DNA of 64,000 nucleotides from Pocillopora damicornis (Eukaryota): NCBI RefSeq assembly GCF_003704095.1, contig NW_020844818.1, positions 1 to 64,000 of the forward strand, read 5' to 3'. Shown piece by piece: positions 51,701 to 64,000 of this stretch (position 1 is its first letter; each line of letters starts with the position of its first letter). The notes under the pieces were generated by a model. It saw only the letters and a program-made list of their open reading frames with translations, ran no database searches and was not told where the DNA came from. The position numbers and the translations under genes were made by a program.

Positions 51701-52161
51701 GTGTAGGTTCAAAGCTTGGTCAGTAACAAACTAAGCGCGTCCACTTGTGGAAGTGAAAAGGCTGTCACTTTCGTGTGGGTTCAAAGCTTGGTCAGTAACA
51801 AACTAAGCGCGTCCACTTATGGAAGTGAAAAGGCTGTCACAATGTGGAAACTCATCACGACAGTTCAAACCGAAATAACTTCGGAAGTCGAATTCATGCA
51901 TTCAATACTCTCTAAATGTAGACGAAAAATTTAGTCATACTGAACTGACTGACTTACTGACATACTGACTTACTGACTTACCGATTATAAACTAACAGAA
52001 TGCTTCATAACAGGTAAAAGTAATGAACCGAGTACAAGTGATCTTTCCTCACAATTAGTTCATTCATTTTTAATTTATTAGATATCGACAAAAGGAAGTT
52101 ACACAGCACCTCAAGAAGTTGCAGCTGCCGTTGACTCCGTTACAAAGGCAGATATTTTAAC
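42783..52161 (+). CDS. UQCRC2: Cytochrome b-c1 complex subunit 2 (core protein II); last exon not visible
   Basis: Presequence exon MLPLSRRLPSISKGISCATSS (42783-42845), then 42998-43099 and 43956-44105 ([43 protein letters not shown]; no HxxEH). Later exons give MTLVGVGVDH, AKYHGGE, ILGATPYIKWGS, ASAFNASYSDSGLFGFY, RAKNQMKA, AAVDSVTKADI (52082-52161). Confidence 0.93.
50320..50660 (-). mobile_element. 3' fragment of RTE-like LINE in UQCRC2 intron
   Basis: Minus-strand decayed translation IRRQNWS*IGHTLRKPNCSVYKHALGW matches the RTE ORF C-terminal motif (W)IGHTLRK...ALxW. Confidence 0.65.
51695..51840. repeat. 72-bp tandem duplication
   Basis: ACTTTCGTGT(A/G)GGTTCAAAGCTTGGTCAGTAACAAACTAAGCGCGTCCACTT(G/A)TGGAAGTGAAAAGGCTGTC x2, followed by ACTGACT(T) microrepeats at ~51937-51980. 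Confidence 0.95.
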
Positions 52162-52279
52162 GGTAGGGAGAAGTTCACCTGCGAGTATTGGTAGGGCTAT
52201 TTCTGGGGATTCGTTGAGTTTAAGTCAACAATTCGAACCAGTTGTAATTGGAAATTGAAAAGCAAAGACGTATTGATAA

Positions 52280-52578
52280 CAGGGTTCGCACGGGCTCTGG
52301 AAACCCTGGAAAGTCCTGGAATTGTAATTTGACATTTTTCAAGGCTGGAAAGTCCTGGATAAAGACTGCAGATCCTGGAAAGTCCGGAAATCCGCTTAAC
52401 TCAAGTAATCGAGTTTTCGGAATTAAAGTTATAAGAAATGTATATGGACCGTAAAAGGAATTGATTTTGAAATCTTAAGAATTGAAGGGTTTAAGGTGAA
52501 AATTGGAGCCCTAAAAGAATCAATCTGAGTACTGGAAAAGTCCTTGAAATTTGTTTTTGAAAAAGGGTACGAACCCTG
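52280..52578. mobile_element. hAT-like MITE
   Basis: CAGGGTTCGCAC ... GTACGAACCCTG termini with multiple subterminal CTGGAAAGTCC repeats; no clean TSD. Confidence 0.75.
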
Positions 52579-52815
52579 GGTTAAGGAAGCACAGTGTTAT
52601 GATGGTGAGGTTGGATTTAGTGATACAGCGCCGTTATGTCGTGTTCCGGAGTAAGACACTTCTGTTTCGAGAGCACTACTTTCTTCCTCCGCCTTCTTCT
52701 TTCTAATTAATTGTTAATCCTTTTTCCCCTTTTTTTTTGTCCTTTCCTTTATTTAGTAGAGTTGATGCGATCCTGCGAATTTTAGGAAGGCCAACCGAAA
52801 AAGTTTTAAGAAAGA

Positions 52816-52912
52816 TGTTTTTTCGTCTTGTCACGAGTGTGGAATAAAGACTAAATTCTGAGTCCCCATGAGGAATCGAACCCCAGACCTTCGGATTTGC
52901 GCTCCGATGCTC
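52816..52912 (-). mobile_element. tRNA-derived SINE (5'-truncated next to gap)
   Basis: Minus strand GAGCATCGGAGCGCAAATCCGAAGGTCTGGGGTTCGATTCCTCATGGGGACTCAGAATTT: B box GGTTCGATTCC followed by a non-tRNA body. Confidence 0.75.
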
Positions 52913-55900
52913 GACCTCTACAGAATTTGTTCTTTATCCCNNNNNNNNNNNNNNNNNNNNNNNNNNNNNNNNNNNNNNNNNNNNNNNNNNNNNNNNNNNN
53001 NNNNNNNNNNNNNNNNNNNNNNNNNNNNNNNNNNNNNNNNAATCATCACATTCTCGAAATATTTGATATTAGCGCCTTGTTGACCGAAATTAGCGGAATG
53101 GCAAGTGTATATAATCTGTTTACTTTGGAAACTTCTACAGGCTTAGAGCCTAAGAAAAAAGTAACATCAGCACGTAGCAACACTAACACGATTGGTTTCG
53201 ACTGTGTTGGTGCAATTGGTATCGATTTCTGTTTCTAATTTTTCTTTCGCTTTTCGTTGCATTACATCTCTCTTTTCCTCATTTTTCTTTTCTTTATAGG
53301 CGGGAAAAGTACTCGCGTCCAATTCCAGTGACACATCATCTGCAATTAGATCACAAGTACTTTAAGTCCAGACCCCTCTTTTAGCACCTTTGTGATCCCT
53401 ATAATTGCCATTAAATTTAAAGACCGTTTTATTTTTAAAGGAGATAAAATGTTAAACTTTGTTTTTTTTTTTGTTTTCATCGCTTCTTTTGATCGCTTAG
53501 ATTTACCTCCAGAGTTTGCACTTTGGACAACCAACACCCAATTTGGCATTGAGAGCAGTTTAAAGGTCAGCACATATTTTGAGTCATTTTTTTGCGACTC
53601 ACAATGTTTCCAGAATTGACAGACACTAACGAGGAAGGGATAAACCAAAAATTGATTCTCTTTGTTAGAAAAATGGAGAAGATGATCACAAATCACAGAT
53701 GACCCCGCCGCATCGTAATGGCTTGCCCACTGTTGTTTTAAACAACAAAAACGCCGGCTAATAATATCGAGACGGCTAGGAGTAATTGTACATGTTATCC
53801 AACTGCACTCAGTAGAGTATAAATAACGCGCGAATCGAACACAAATATCACACGTCATTGTACGGTTGTTTATTTTGTAGTGTAAAAAAATCCCTTTAAA
53901 CCGTTCGACTGCGCTTGCTACGCTTCTCAATCTGCTTTAATTTTCTCGCCTGATAAGAAATGCTCATAACTTTAGGGAGTTGGACAATAAATAAATTATT
54001 AAAATTATTAAACGTTTTGATGTACGGTATTGCCGAGTATTTTTGCACTGTGTTTTGACTCGCCCTCCGGGCTCGTCAAATTACGGTACAACTCTTAGAA
54101 GTACTCAGCGATGCTACACACCAAAACGTCTAATAAGATATATATATGTATATATATATATACATCATATTTTCAAGAGGCGTCTCTAGTAAGTTAAAAT
54201 GTTTTTTTAATTCAATGTTTCAGATGTTTGTTGAAATTGGTGGGACAGGATTTTATTTTTGTCGCCGGCCTTTGTTAGGATATATCAGTCTTAGGTTATC
54301 TTCCATAATCATATTGTCAATTTCTTTCGAGGACGGTTAATTGTTGTAGAGGTTTATGGCAAAGTTCTCACTGAATAGCGTGTATCAATCGAGTTCTCAG
54401 CAATTATTCGGAAATGCTACACTAATGGTGTTGTAAAGCGGAAATTCGTTACGGAAGTTTTTTTTCATTTTTAGCCCCCAAGCTTCGGGAAATCTTGTTT
54501 ATTGTTTTAATTATAGATAATATTCTGTCTGTTTATCCTGTATTTGGTGAAAGCCTTTGACCTTGAATCAACTGGAAACTGCTTCCACCCGTCTGTGGAA
54601 TGCATCCTGTTTGTACAGCATTTAATTTGTGATCCTTCATGTTTTGAAACGTCCGTGTCTGGCAGCAAAGATTACTGTATTAGGAAAGTACATTGTGTTT
54701 TTTTCTTCGGGGAAACTGATTCGTACATTCCTTAAAACTTCAAAGGTTCGATGTTCAAAATAACGAAACGACATAAACAAAGTCCGCCACTATGACTTCG
54801 AGTTTAAGTTTCTGCGTCAAAATCCTTGTTGTGACTATAATCCATCTTTGCGAGAAACCCATCTGAGATTTAATTAATACAGAGGAAGTAGAAAAAATAT
54901 CCCAAGGTCTTCGCTACACTCATAAAGCAGAAAGGGAGAGATGAGTGCAGCCCTTCATGATCTACTATCTTGACTGAGTTGAAGAGGGCCTTCATGATCT
55001 GCTGGCTTTACCGAGTTCAAGCCGCCATTTAAGGCCAAAGTCATGTTTGTTCAGTACTGTAGCACTCTAAACCATCGACTTGTTGAGGAAAATGTTTTGA
55101 TAACATAAAACAAATTTATGCAATAAGAAATGCTCTGGGCGGCACGTGAAAGAAAAGCAATAATGCATCAAATGCATGCAAAAAGCATTCACTGCAGCTG
55201 AAGCAGTTAGCAATGACAAAAACATCTGCTCGTCTTAGGTGCGTACACTTGGGATCACTGCGAGTTTGTGGCTTGGCCTTCCTTTTCTTTACTCCCGAGC
55301 TGTTCAAGCTGTTCTTAATGCAGCAGACTGCTTTCTCCTAATTTTTTTATCATGTAATTCGCTCCTCTACAATTCACATTTCCGTTTACTTCTAAAAAAA
55401 TAGCTACATCACGGAACCAACCACAGGGAGTCGCTGTAATTCGCATGTTATTTTCGGAAAGCCTTTTAACACATGATCCTTTCAGGGTAAAGGTGGAAGG
55501 TGTAGTTTATTTTTCTTTAGCGAGGAAAAAATCAATAAAGTGGTTTAAAACGTTGCACAGGGCTCAGAAACTGTAATGATTCCGCGCTTTTCTATTTTGA
55601 GGAAGGGATATCGTTGCTAGTACTTTTGAAGGTAAAGGGACTGCATGAAGGTCGCGGGACTTAGGGCAGACGATGAGAATACAGTGATAGCTTCCTTGTC
55701 AGGTTATTTCTGACAAGACTGATAATTCTAAAGAAAAACCAGACTTGTACTGAACAAAAGTAGTACTCCTTTCGTGTGAAAGAAGATTATGTCATTCCAT
55801 TAGACAAGTTATCTTAAGTACAAAGAACTTTCGAAAGCCCTACGGGCGATTGCGTGTAATCAATGGAATGAGACGATTGATAACTAACGAAGATCACCTG

Positions 55901-57770
55901 CTGAAAGTCCGGCTGTGTCGAGTCCAAATACAAGTTTCAACTCTTAGTAATGAAACACTGTTCTGGTTCTTCTGCCATTTATTCGACCTGTTTTCTATTT
56001 AGGGTATTATAGGTGAGAAATTACCTCCCATTGCGGTCGAGACCAGTGTAGACTTATTGGATTAATTTGCGCCAAATATTTGTGTGAGACCAAAAAAATT
56101 TGCCGGTGAAAAAAAGAAAAAAAACCGAGGTCGATGTCGGAAAAAGAACCATGTAATGACTTGAAATCTCAGGCACTTAATCCGAGTTTCTTACCCTATA
56201 ATGTTTGTGTTGTGATTAAAACAGTTTTGTTTTCAGATTATTCAGTAAGAAACCATTGTAGTTGGTCAATCGCTAATCTAGGTAATGTGCAATTTACGTC
56301 AGATATACAGATGTGGCGGAGGAATTTTCCGTTTTTGACCTTATACGGCGTCGCACATCAGCTTTCTTTCCGTTTCCTGAGTCTTGAAGCTTAAATTTCT
56401 TATGCTTGCTCTTATAAAAACAAATCAAGTTAGTGTGTGGGCGGTGAGAGGGTGGACAGGTACTAGAAACTCGTGATCTCCACGCCTTGGGTTTCGCTTC
56501 CTCTGCAAAAGTCAGATTTTTATCATTTTCCTGTCGTTATTCCACACGTATGAATATTACATCAAATCTGAAAGACCTTAATATTTCCTAGTATCTTTAG
56601 TTCATCTTGCAAGCTGTGTAATAGAATTTTGGATTTTGACTAAAAATGGTTTACAAGGCTACATGCCTTGTATTTGTAGCAGACAAAGATTGTCACTAAG
56701 CTTTTCAAGAGAGTTCCGTGCCTCTTAAGTCGATTTATGCTTCGCAAAGTTGATGGAACAATCTTGAATCAATGCCCCTTTCAGAACTTTGAAGCCCTCA
56801 AGGCACATCAATCTTAATCTACGTTATCGAACGTTTCTATGTAATCTGTAAAGCTCTGCTCACTTCTACAAGTGTAGAACATGCAAACAGAATAAGAAAG
56901 TTTTCAGATGCTTAGATTCTGCGTAAAAACCATCCCACTCACGTTTGTAAATGCATTGTGTGCAAAGTTGAGAACAATAGGACTCCGTCTGTTTAATCTG
57001 TTCTTTTTATGTCCTATTTCACAGTGCTGATTGTTGACCTTTGAAAAGGGGTAAATTAATAAGTTATTTGTATGCCAAACACAATACTTGCGAGAGCGTG
57101 GGAAAACTGCAAAAGCGAAGACCATGACGACGATTTATAATCTGTCTCTTTATTTACAAGTTCCGTTGGTAAAAATCATGAATACAATAAATTTTGTACC
57201 AAGTTTTAAAATATGTAACAGGAAAGGGAAAACTATCATTAACGCAACAACTATATCCACACATTAATCTTCAAATTCTCTCCGGTTGCTTGAAATACAT
57301 TCAAAGGTGGGAACCAAGGAGAAAGGAAGATTGGATCAGAAAACTGATGTTAAAAAGCTCACTAATTAAATGTAGATTTTGGACAAAATCCCATGTTGGA
57401 AGCTTGACATAAAGTACATCAACTCCTCGTAATAACATTCAAGTTATTTACATGTAAACAGTTCGATAATAATTCTCGATATTTCAATTTTCTATTACTG
57501 TCAATTATACTTGATGTAGGCCCTTCTCTATTGAGTCCGTGATCAAAAGACCTCCACGTCAATTCACATCTAGTTATTGAAACTTGAAATACGTCATCGT
57601 CAAGAAATAAAGAAAAACTTTTTTCCCCTTTAGAGTATGACGTTTGCAAATGATTATATAAGTACAAAGTGATTACAACGCAAAATTAAAAATAAGCTCT
57701 CTCATTTCTTTGTTAAATGATGTTTCTAATCTAGTTCAATGTAGAGTTCTTCAGTTCATCATACTATTTA

Positions 57771-58412
57771 CTAGATTCTATAGCGGTGTCTGTTTTGAGA
57801 CACTTCGACGGGGTGGCTTCCCCCATCGCTTGAAACTCCTTCATCTTCCTCGACTGTGTTCTTCCGTAATTGACGCAAGTAGCTGTGGATCATTTTCCTT
57901 TCCTTGATGAGATCTTGTTCGATTTGAGAATACTCGTAGTTACAGCATTTCTCGTAGAAAACTTTATGAGGTTTGCATTTTGCCAGCAATCGGCGGTTGA
58001 TAGGATGGCTGGTACGCTTCCAAACAGCTGTTTTCATTTGGTGAAAATGTCTATTGGGAGAGATTTCGTCTGGGTTACTCGTGTACCTGCATGTCTCTCC
58101 TATTTTGGCCACATCTCGGCCGAGATTGCAGCACTTTTCCCTCCGAGTAAGCTTCTTTAGATTTTCAGCCTCTTCGGTTCGAGGTTTTGCTGTCGATCCG
58201 TCCGTAGCCTGTGTTTTTGCGGGCCTGACATCGAAATCTGAAAACGGAAGAAGACGAAAAATTTAGCTCAAATGAATCAAAACAAAAAAACACTTTAATG
58301 AGTATTTACACCAACCTTTCAAATTTTCACTGTTTTGAACGATGACTGCTCCTTTGGTCAAAAAACTGAATAAGACCACTAAGGTAATGCAATAAATTGA
58401 AATTGGCTTCAT
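57771..58412 (-). CDS. Uncharacterised ~187-aa secreted prepro-protein with anaphylatoxin-like cysteine domain
   Basis: Exon 1 58412-58316 (MKPISIYCITLVVLFSFLTKGAVIVQNSENLK, signal-peptide-like), 78-nt GT-AG intron, exon 2 58237-57771 in matching phase. KKLTRR precedes EKCCNLG-x9-C-x37-C-x9-CC. Confidence 0.8.
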
Positions 58413-61400
58413 TTTCCCGAGCACCGGTCCTCGTTGAGTATGCTTGCGTTGTAACTGCGTGAGTGTCTCGTGTTTGAAGTTTTGTTTTGAAACTTAACCC
58501 AGTAAAACCAGTCCGATACGATTGACGTTATTGTTATAGTGTTAGTCACTACGCAAAGTAAACAAAGTTAAATACCATTAGCTGTCATTCACCATCGAGG
58601 GTTTACATGATTGACAGCTCAGAGAACAAAAGGATAGCAGAATAATTGATAGCACAATGGATCGAATAAGGTTTCTTCGCTCCGGGGCAACAAAAATCTT
58701 TTTGTCCCAACTTTTAGACATAAATAAATAACATCTTTGTGGAGACCGAAAGCATTTCACACCCCGTTTTCTGTATTGTTATCGAGATCTTCTATGAGAA
58801 CAGCTAATTTAATCTGTCTTAAGGTCAGTCATTTTGTTTGTTAGTTTTACGTTCTGGTGTATTCTTTTTCCAGAAATCCGTGGGAATGTTTACCCAAAGT
58901 GTAACATGTAGACACTAATTACCGATAGCCCCCACATAAAGGGCGACGTTCTACTGCTTTGTTTTAGCTTAGGAATGATCAGAATTAATCCCCCCAAAAA
59001 AGTCTGAACAATTTGTGTTTTTGTAATTTTGTTCTTCTTTAAGCTTGTTGGACAAAGCTAGACATATCACTGATAGGAGGTCGGAATCCTTGGGCTGAGT
59101 GACTGCTGTGATTGTAAGTGAGCGGGAAAACTTCCAGGCGCCGAAATGTCTGCGCACACTGAATAGTCTTACTCTAAAGTTACCCCTTAAAAACGACAGA
59201 CCATTTCATCTCCTTGTTTTATCTTGTAGGATAACAGATCTAGTGTACTTTCTACCTAATCACTATTGTTCGTTTTAACACAAGTCAAGCACTTAAAGGG
59301 TTTAGAGCTTCCGGAATACAAGTACGTATAAAGTGAAGGCCTCAACACTCTTGCGAGGAATCCGAAGATATTGTTTTTTTCCAGATTCTATCATACACCT
59401 GCAATTAAAATTGACAAAAGTATGAAGCAAAAGGCACGAGAGTATTACAGTCAACACCCCCTGAGGTTTGGAGCGAAGCCACAAGTGTACAGAGGAATGT
59501 ATTAAAAATCAACATCTTCAGAATTACATGGCATGTCGCCGGTATTGTTCTGTTAATTAAGTAACATTGTTCTTTTGTATTCACCTCACGTTTAACGGGT
59601 AGTAAGACAGAAAGGCTTATTCAACGTACTTAGACCGCTTCTTTCTCAAGAACTGGCTTATTTGAGAGTTCTTTGTGCAAGAAGTCATTTTCACTGAACA
59701 GAAGCTTTAGTCGATGTACTTTAGAAGACCAAACATGTTAGTTACCCTTTTCCCCTCGAGGTCAAAAATACAATTCTTATAACTGCAATTTTGTTATGAA
59801 AGTATTTTTGAACATTCACACTGCTAGCGAGTCTACAGCACCTGCCTGTCTCGTCAGGGATAACTTCACATGATTCCAATGTGCAACCTCAAGGTGTTCC
59901 CATCTCCACGAAGTGCGCTGAGCGATATGAAATTTTAACAAAATAGAAATGTATTCATTGTTTACAAATTGCCCGTGATTGTTTACTCTATACGTATTTG
60001 CAAATAACTGTTTGAATGGTCGTTTTCGGAAGCAGTCATAATAGCAATAAGGGGTTGATATTTCACGTGCTGTGATGATGGAACAGATCGTTCTTTTTTC
60101 GTTGCTTTTCAGCTGTAAGGATCGGGAGGTAACTGTCTTTGATGCCTCAGGTGTTCTAGTCACTTGCTAGCAAGAGGGTAAAACAAACAGTTCTTTCATT
60201 GTCAGCGTACAAAGAATCTTTTTGACAGAAAATACCATTGACTTGTATTCACGTGAGCTGCACGTGTTGTTTCTTTAAAACCATTGCTTGAAGTTTAGTG
60301 AATATCACTTGATTAATTAGGAGATGTGAGAAGACAGAGCTTTCAGTTTTGATTATCTGCAGACTAGTTTGAAACGCTCCAGCACATAGAGCGTTGAAAC
60401 GATCCATCACATAGGATGACTGTGTCGGTCAGTGTAAATCAATTCACATTAATTATTGGTTAACTCCCAAAAACTTAAAAAGAAACTGAGATACATCGCA
60501 AGGATCACCCTGGTACTCTCCACGAAGCCGCAGTTGCTGAGAGATTTCTTTCATACTTCAACCACTCTATTCTATTCTATTCACATGAATATGTCACATC
60601 ATTATTATCTTGGCTTCCTAAGCTCAGTGAAGCATTGCACTTTAAGATCATGGTGTCAAATAAATTTATGTCTTTGCTGTGTTAATTAGTTTCGGTGATG
60701 AACAAGGGGGTCCATACGTGACATTTTTGGTTTTTAATGGTTGTAATTACTGCCGGTTTAAAAGCCATCACTATTGTGTTTCCGCTGGGAAAGTGAGCAT
60801 CTCTCTAAATTTGAAGGATCATTAATAAGGTGTTCGGCTTTTATGGATCGACTGGAATCCGCCTACTGCCTTTTTAACTTGCATATTCTATATATAGAAA
60901 AGGTTTCATTTCAAACATCTACGGGCGGGGCCGGGTTGTTCAAAGCTGGATTACGATAAACCAGGGTTAGTGTGAAATTTGATTTAATATCTAAAATCTC
61001 CAAAGAAAATTCTCAGAATTATTATTTTTGTCTTCAATTTGATGATTGGATACTCTTAAAAGGAGAGAAAATTTTATTCGGAAAAAGGCTTTTGAAGAAA
61101 GAAATAATGAAATCTGGATTAAAATTTAATTTTTGGGTCAGCGCGAATCGGACTTCGAACAACTGGGCCTTAGTGGGGGTGTGCGCCTGTGGGATTTTGG
61201 ATGGATCAAATGGTTTTCAGTGAGAAAGGAAAGAGATCAATCGTCGCCAAATTAGTATAAAGGGGGACTATANNNNNNNNNNNNNNNNNNNNNNNNNNNN
61301 NNNNNNNNNNNNNNNNNNNNNNNNNNNNNNNNNNNNNNNNNNNNNNNNNNNNNNNNNNNNNNNNNNNNNNNNTACAATCGCGTTTGAAGTCGACATGATA

Positions 61401-61609
61401 ATTGCCATATCTATGAGGGATATCGTATTTATGATATCGAGTTTAAGGTCTGCCTGGTTTCTAAGCGCCTCGCAGTGTTCTTAAACTTTGCAAACTCCGA
61501 GAGATTGCAGATTGCCTAGGAAATGTATGATAAAAAAATCATTGAGTTCGGTTTTAGTATATCATGCTCGACTTCATCCAATAAATCCTTGTTCTCGATT
61601 CATGCGACC

Positions 61610-61735
61610 ATGGCAAAATGGCGGAACATAGAACCCATTGAAGTTATTTGACAGTTCAAGGCTGTTGATTGGCTCGTTCCTTATCACGTGTGCGACGCGG
61701 AAAACACATACCTCAATTCCCGCCTTTTTTCGAAG
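61610..61735. promoter_or_regulatory. Promoter-like motif cluster with no assigned gene
   Basis: AAAATGGCGG (YY1-like), GATTGGCT (CCAAT), TCACGTG (E-box) and TTCCCGCC (E2F-like) within ~120 bp. Confidence 0.4.
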
Positions 61736-64000
61736 TCTTCTCTGCCACTTCAAGACAAATTGTTCACACTTGTTTAAAGTAGCTATTATCTTTTCTGAAT
61801 GCGGTGGGCCCTATCAAAATCAGGAATATTTTGTTCAGCCCCAAAATAGATGAGTTCAAAGCTGGAGAAGTGAAGTCAACTAAACTGTGAAGGTGAGAGG
61901 GTTTAAAATATGTACTAAATTTACCAACTCGTTGATTCTTCCCAACTTATTAAATTTCGTTGTCAACATTTTAATATCAGGGCTTGGTTTGTTGATCGTT
62001 GAAATACCTAAAATTTCCCAAACATTTTTTTTTAATGCTTTTGAGTGTTTTTTCTTCTAGAGCTACTCAGTTGAATCACTCTTTTGGTATCAATACAACC
62101 CAGTTATCCTTACAAAGAACTAAAATCAGAATGATGTAAATCTTCTGTTGACCTGCAAGTAATGCAAGTAAAGGAATGATTCTCGCCGTGGAGCTGCAAC
62201 CAAAGAAATTGAAGGAAAGAAACCTGAAACAATTCAGGCTTTGAAGGGATTCAAATCCTTGCGTACCAGATATTAGTTGCTACTTCGAAGTGAGCTACGA
62301 AGCCACATGTTGGTGGTGAGGAAATCTGCCAGACGAGCGAGGCAAATTTGTTTAATTGCAGCTCCGCTTGCGAGAATAATTCCTGTATTTGAAAGAATTG
62401 AAAACAATGCAAAACGGTGGCCGTTTTACTTCGTAAATTAAATATTGTGACCATCATGTGGACCATTTACTGACCAAGTTTGTTAGGTCAAGATGCCCTA
62501 ATATTGACGTCGTGTTGTTTTTGCACACGAAAACACTAAAATAGAAATTAGCCAATATCTTGCAATCAGTAACATCACGCTTGTTCAATAACGTTCATAA
62601 AGTAACAAGATGTTGCTTTTTAAAGTTCGTTTAATAAAAATGTACCCGGGTAAAAACGGTGAATTCGACCGAAGTGTAGGTGAAGGATATCACACATCTT
62701 GTTTGACACTTCATCGTGTGTTGTAGTTATATTTACAAGTGGCATAGTATATAAACTGCTACTACATCCTCAGAAAAAGATAAGCTGATCATAATCTATA
62801 ATATCCTTTATGGAATACAAACATCATTGTTAAGATATTTATAGCCCCTTTTAAAGAAAAAATTAGCCGGGGTGGGTGATGCATACAAACGTTTCATTAG
62901 TCTAAGTCTAAGTCTTTATCTGTCTTTAGTTCTAGAATTACAATGCGATCATAATAATATAACCCCGAATAGCTAACAGACGAGCCAAAAGTTTGCTCGT
63001 TCATCGCCTATACTAAATCATTCAAATATTAGCCTATTTAAAAAAGAAGACATCATGTTAAACGCTTGGTATTTGGTTTTGGGGCGCGCACACTCCTATA
63101 CAGAGGTTGTAAGAGCAGTTATTTTTTCAGTAGGGATGTATACGTATACATTGAGTGGATGGTGCTCTTGCTTACTTAAGGGGTCCGTAATAGAAATAGG
63201 GTAAGAAGTGTAACAGTGTTTATAACGAAGAAGTTCAGTATACTACTTAACTCAGACTCAAACACCCCTATAGTTGCCTGTTAGTTCGATTATAATATCT
63301 CATCAAAGAACGTGCGTTTGCAATCCTTTTATGAGAGCCACGTTAGAGATCCTTTTGTACTTTCCTTAATCCTCTCTCGCCTTGGCAGCTGACTATATTT
63401 CGCGCTCGACTGTTAATTCGAAATTCCGTTTTATAATATTCCATGACTCACGATTTCGCAGAGGGTCTCTTCCAAAGTAGTCGAACTGGACGATAGTTGT
63501 GACGAAAAGGACTGGGGCAAGCAATGAACGTGAGAAGACAAAGAGGAAAAAATTTCGAAACCCTCCAATTTCATGTTTTTGTATATGTACTAACGTGACA
63601 ATGTGGCTCAGCCACTTGGCCCAGACCTCTCTCGCCACAGAAATATCTAAAATGGCGGCCTGCCATCATGGTAAGTCAATTAATGTCTGCTCGTTCGCAG
63701 AATGTTGACTGATGGTTTAGAATCTACACAATACTGGTACCCTGTTACTTCTCCTCAGGTAGCTATGGAAGTATTACACATCTGCTTAATGAAAACTTGA
63801 GCAGCGAAGAAGTGCCGCACCAGTTGGATTTGAATACGCACTAAACCAGGGGCCCATTACTAAACTAATGAAACTTGGACTGGTATTGATTAGAAGATTT
63901 GTTTTCTATAACTGATACTCAGTCACGTTTTCTCTCATTTTTCTGTTTACAGCTTCGTATTCGATAGTTCACTGTGAATCATCTCAAAGTGCTCAGCCGA

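Noticed and set aside
52816-52912. tRNA gene
   Set aside because: Only a B box is present, there is no complete cloverleaf, and it continues into a SINE-type body.
53346-53930. 194-aa minus-strand ORF
   Set aside because: Non-ATG start, no recognisable motif, low-complexity A-run codons; probably chance or repeat-derived.
57771-58237. Insulin-like peptide or S100PBP/Ripply assignment for the secreted protein
   Set aside because: Cysteine order (CC..C..C..CC) does not fit the insulin B/A pattern, and the signature motifs of the other families are absent.

Overview
Intron-rich, AT-rich eukaryotic (metazoan) scaffold segment with three 100-N gaps (34249-34348, 52941-53040, 61273-61372). The repeat families and the HEPN_DZIP3/TRADD-N domains suggest a cnidarian, probably a stony coral (inference). 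Three head-to-head housekeeping pairs were read exon by exon: WBP11(-)/PI-PLC(+), ECSIT(-)/RPSA(+) and ZNF598(-)/UQCRC2(+). UQCRC2's last exon is not visible and probably lies in a gap. Accessory content includes a degraded HEPN_DZIP3 exon, a small stand-alone TRADD-N-like gene, a CCAAT-box minisatellite, and many MITEs, SINEs and LINE scraps. The most notable items are (1) a two-exon gene on the minus strand (57771-58412), only partly captured by the ORF track, encoding a ~187-aa secreted prepro-protein whose only recognisable domain has an anaphylatoxin (C3a/fibulin)-like cysteine frame behind a basic cleavage site, and (2) a phospholipase C with two tandem N-terminal PH domains, a U12 intron and a GC-AG intron. 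All calls come from manual reading; no database searches were run.
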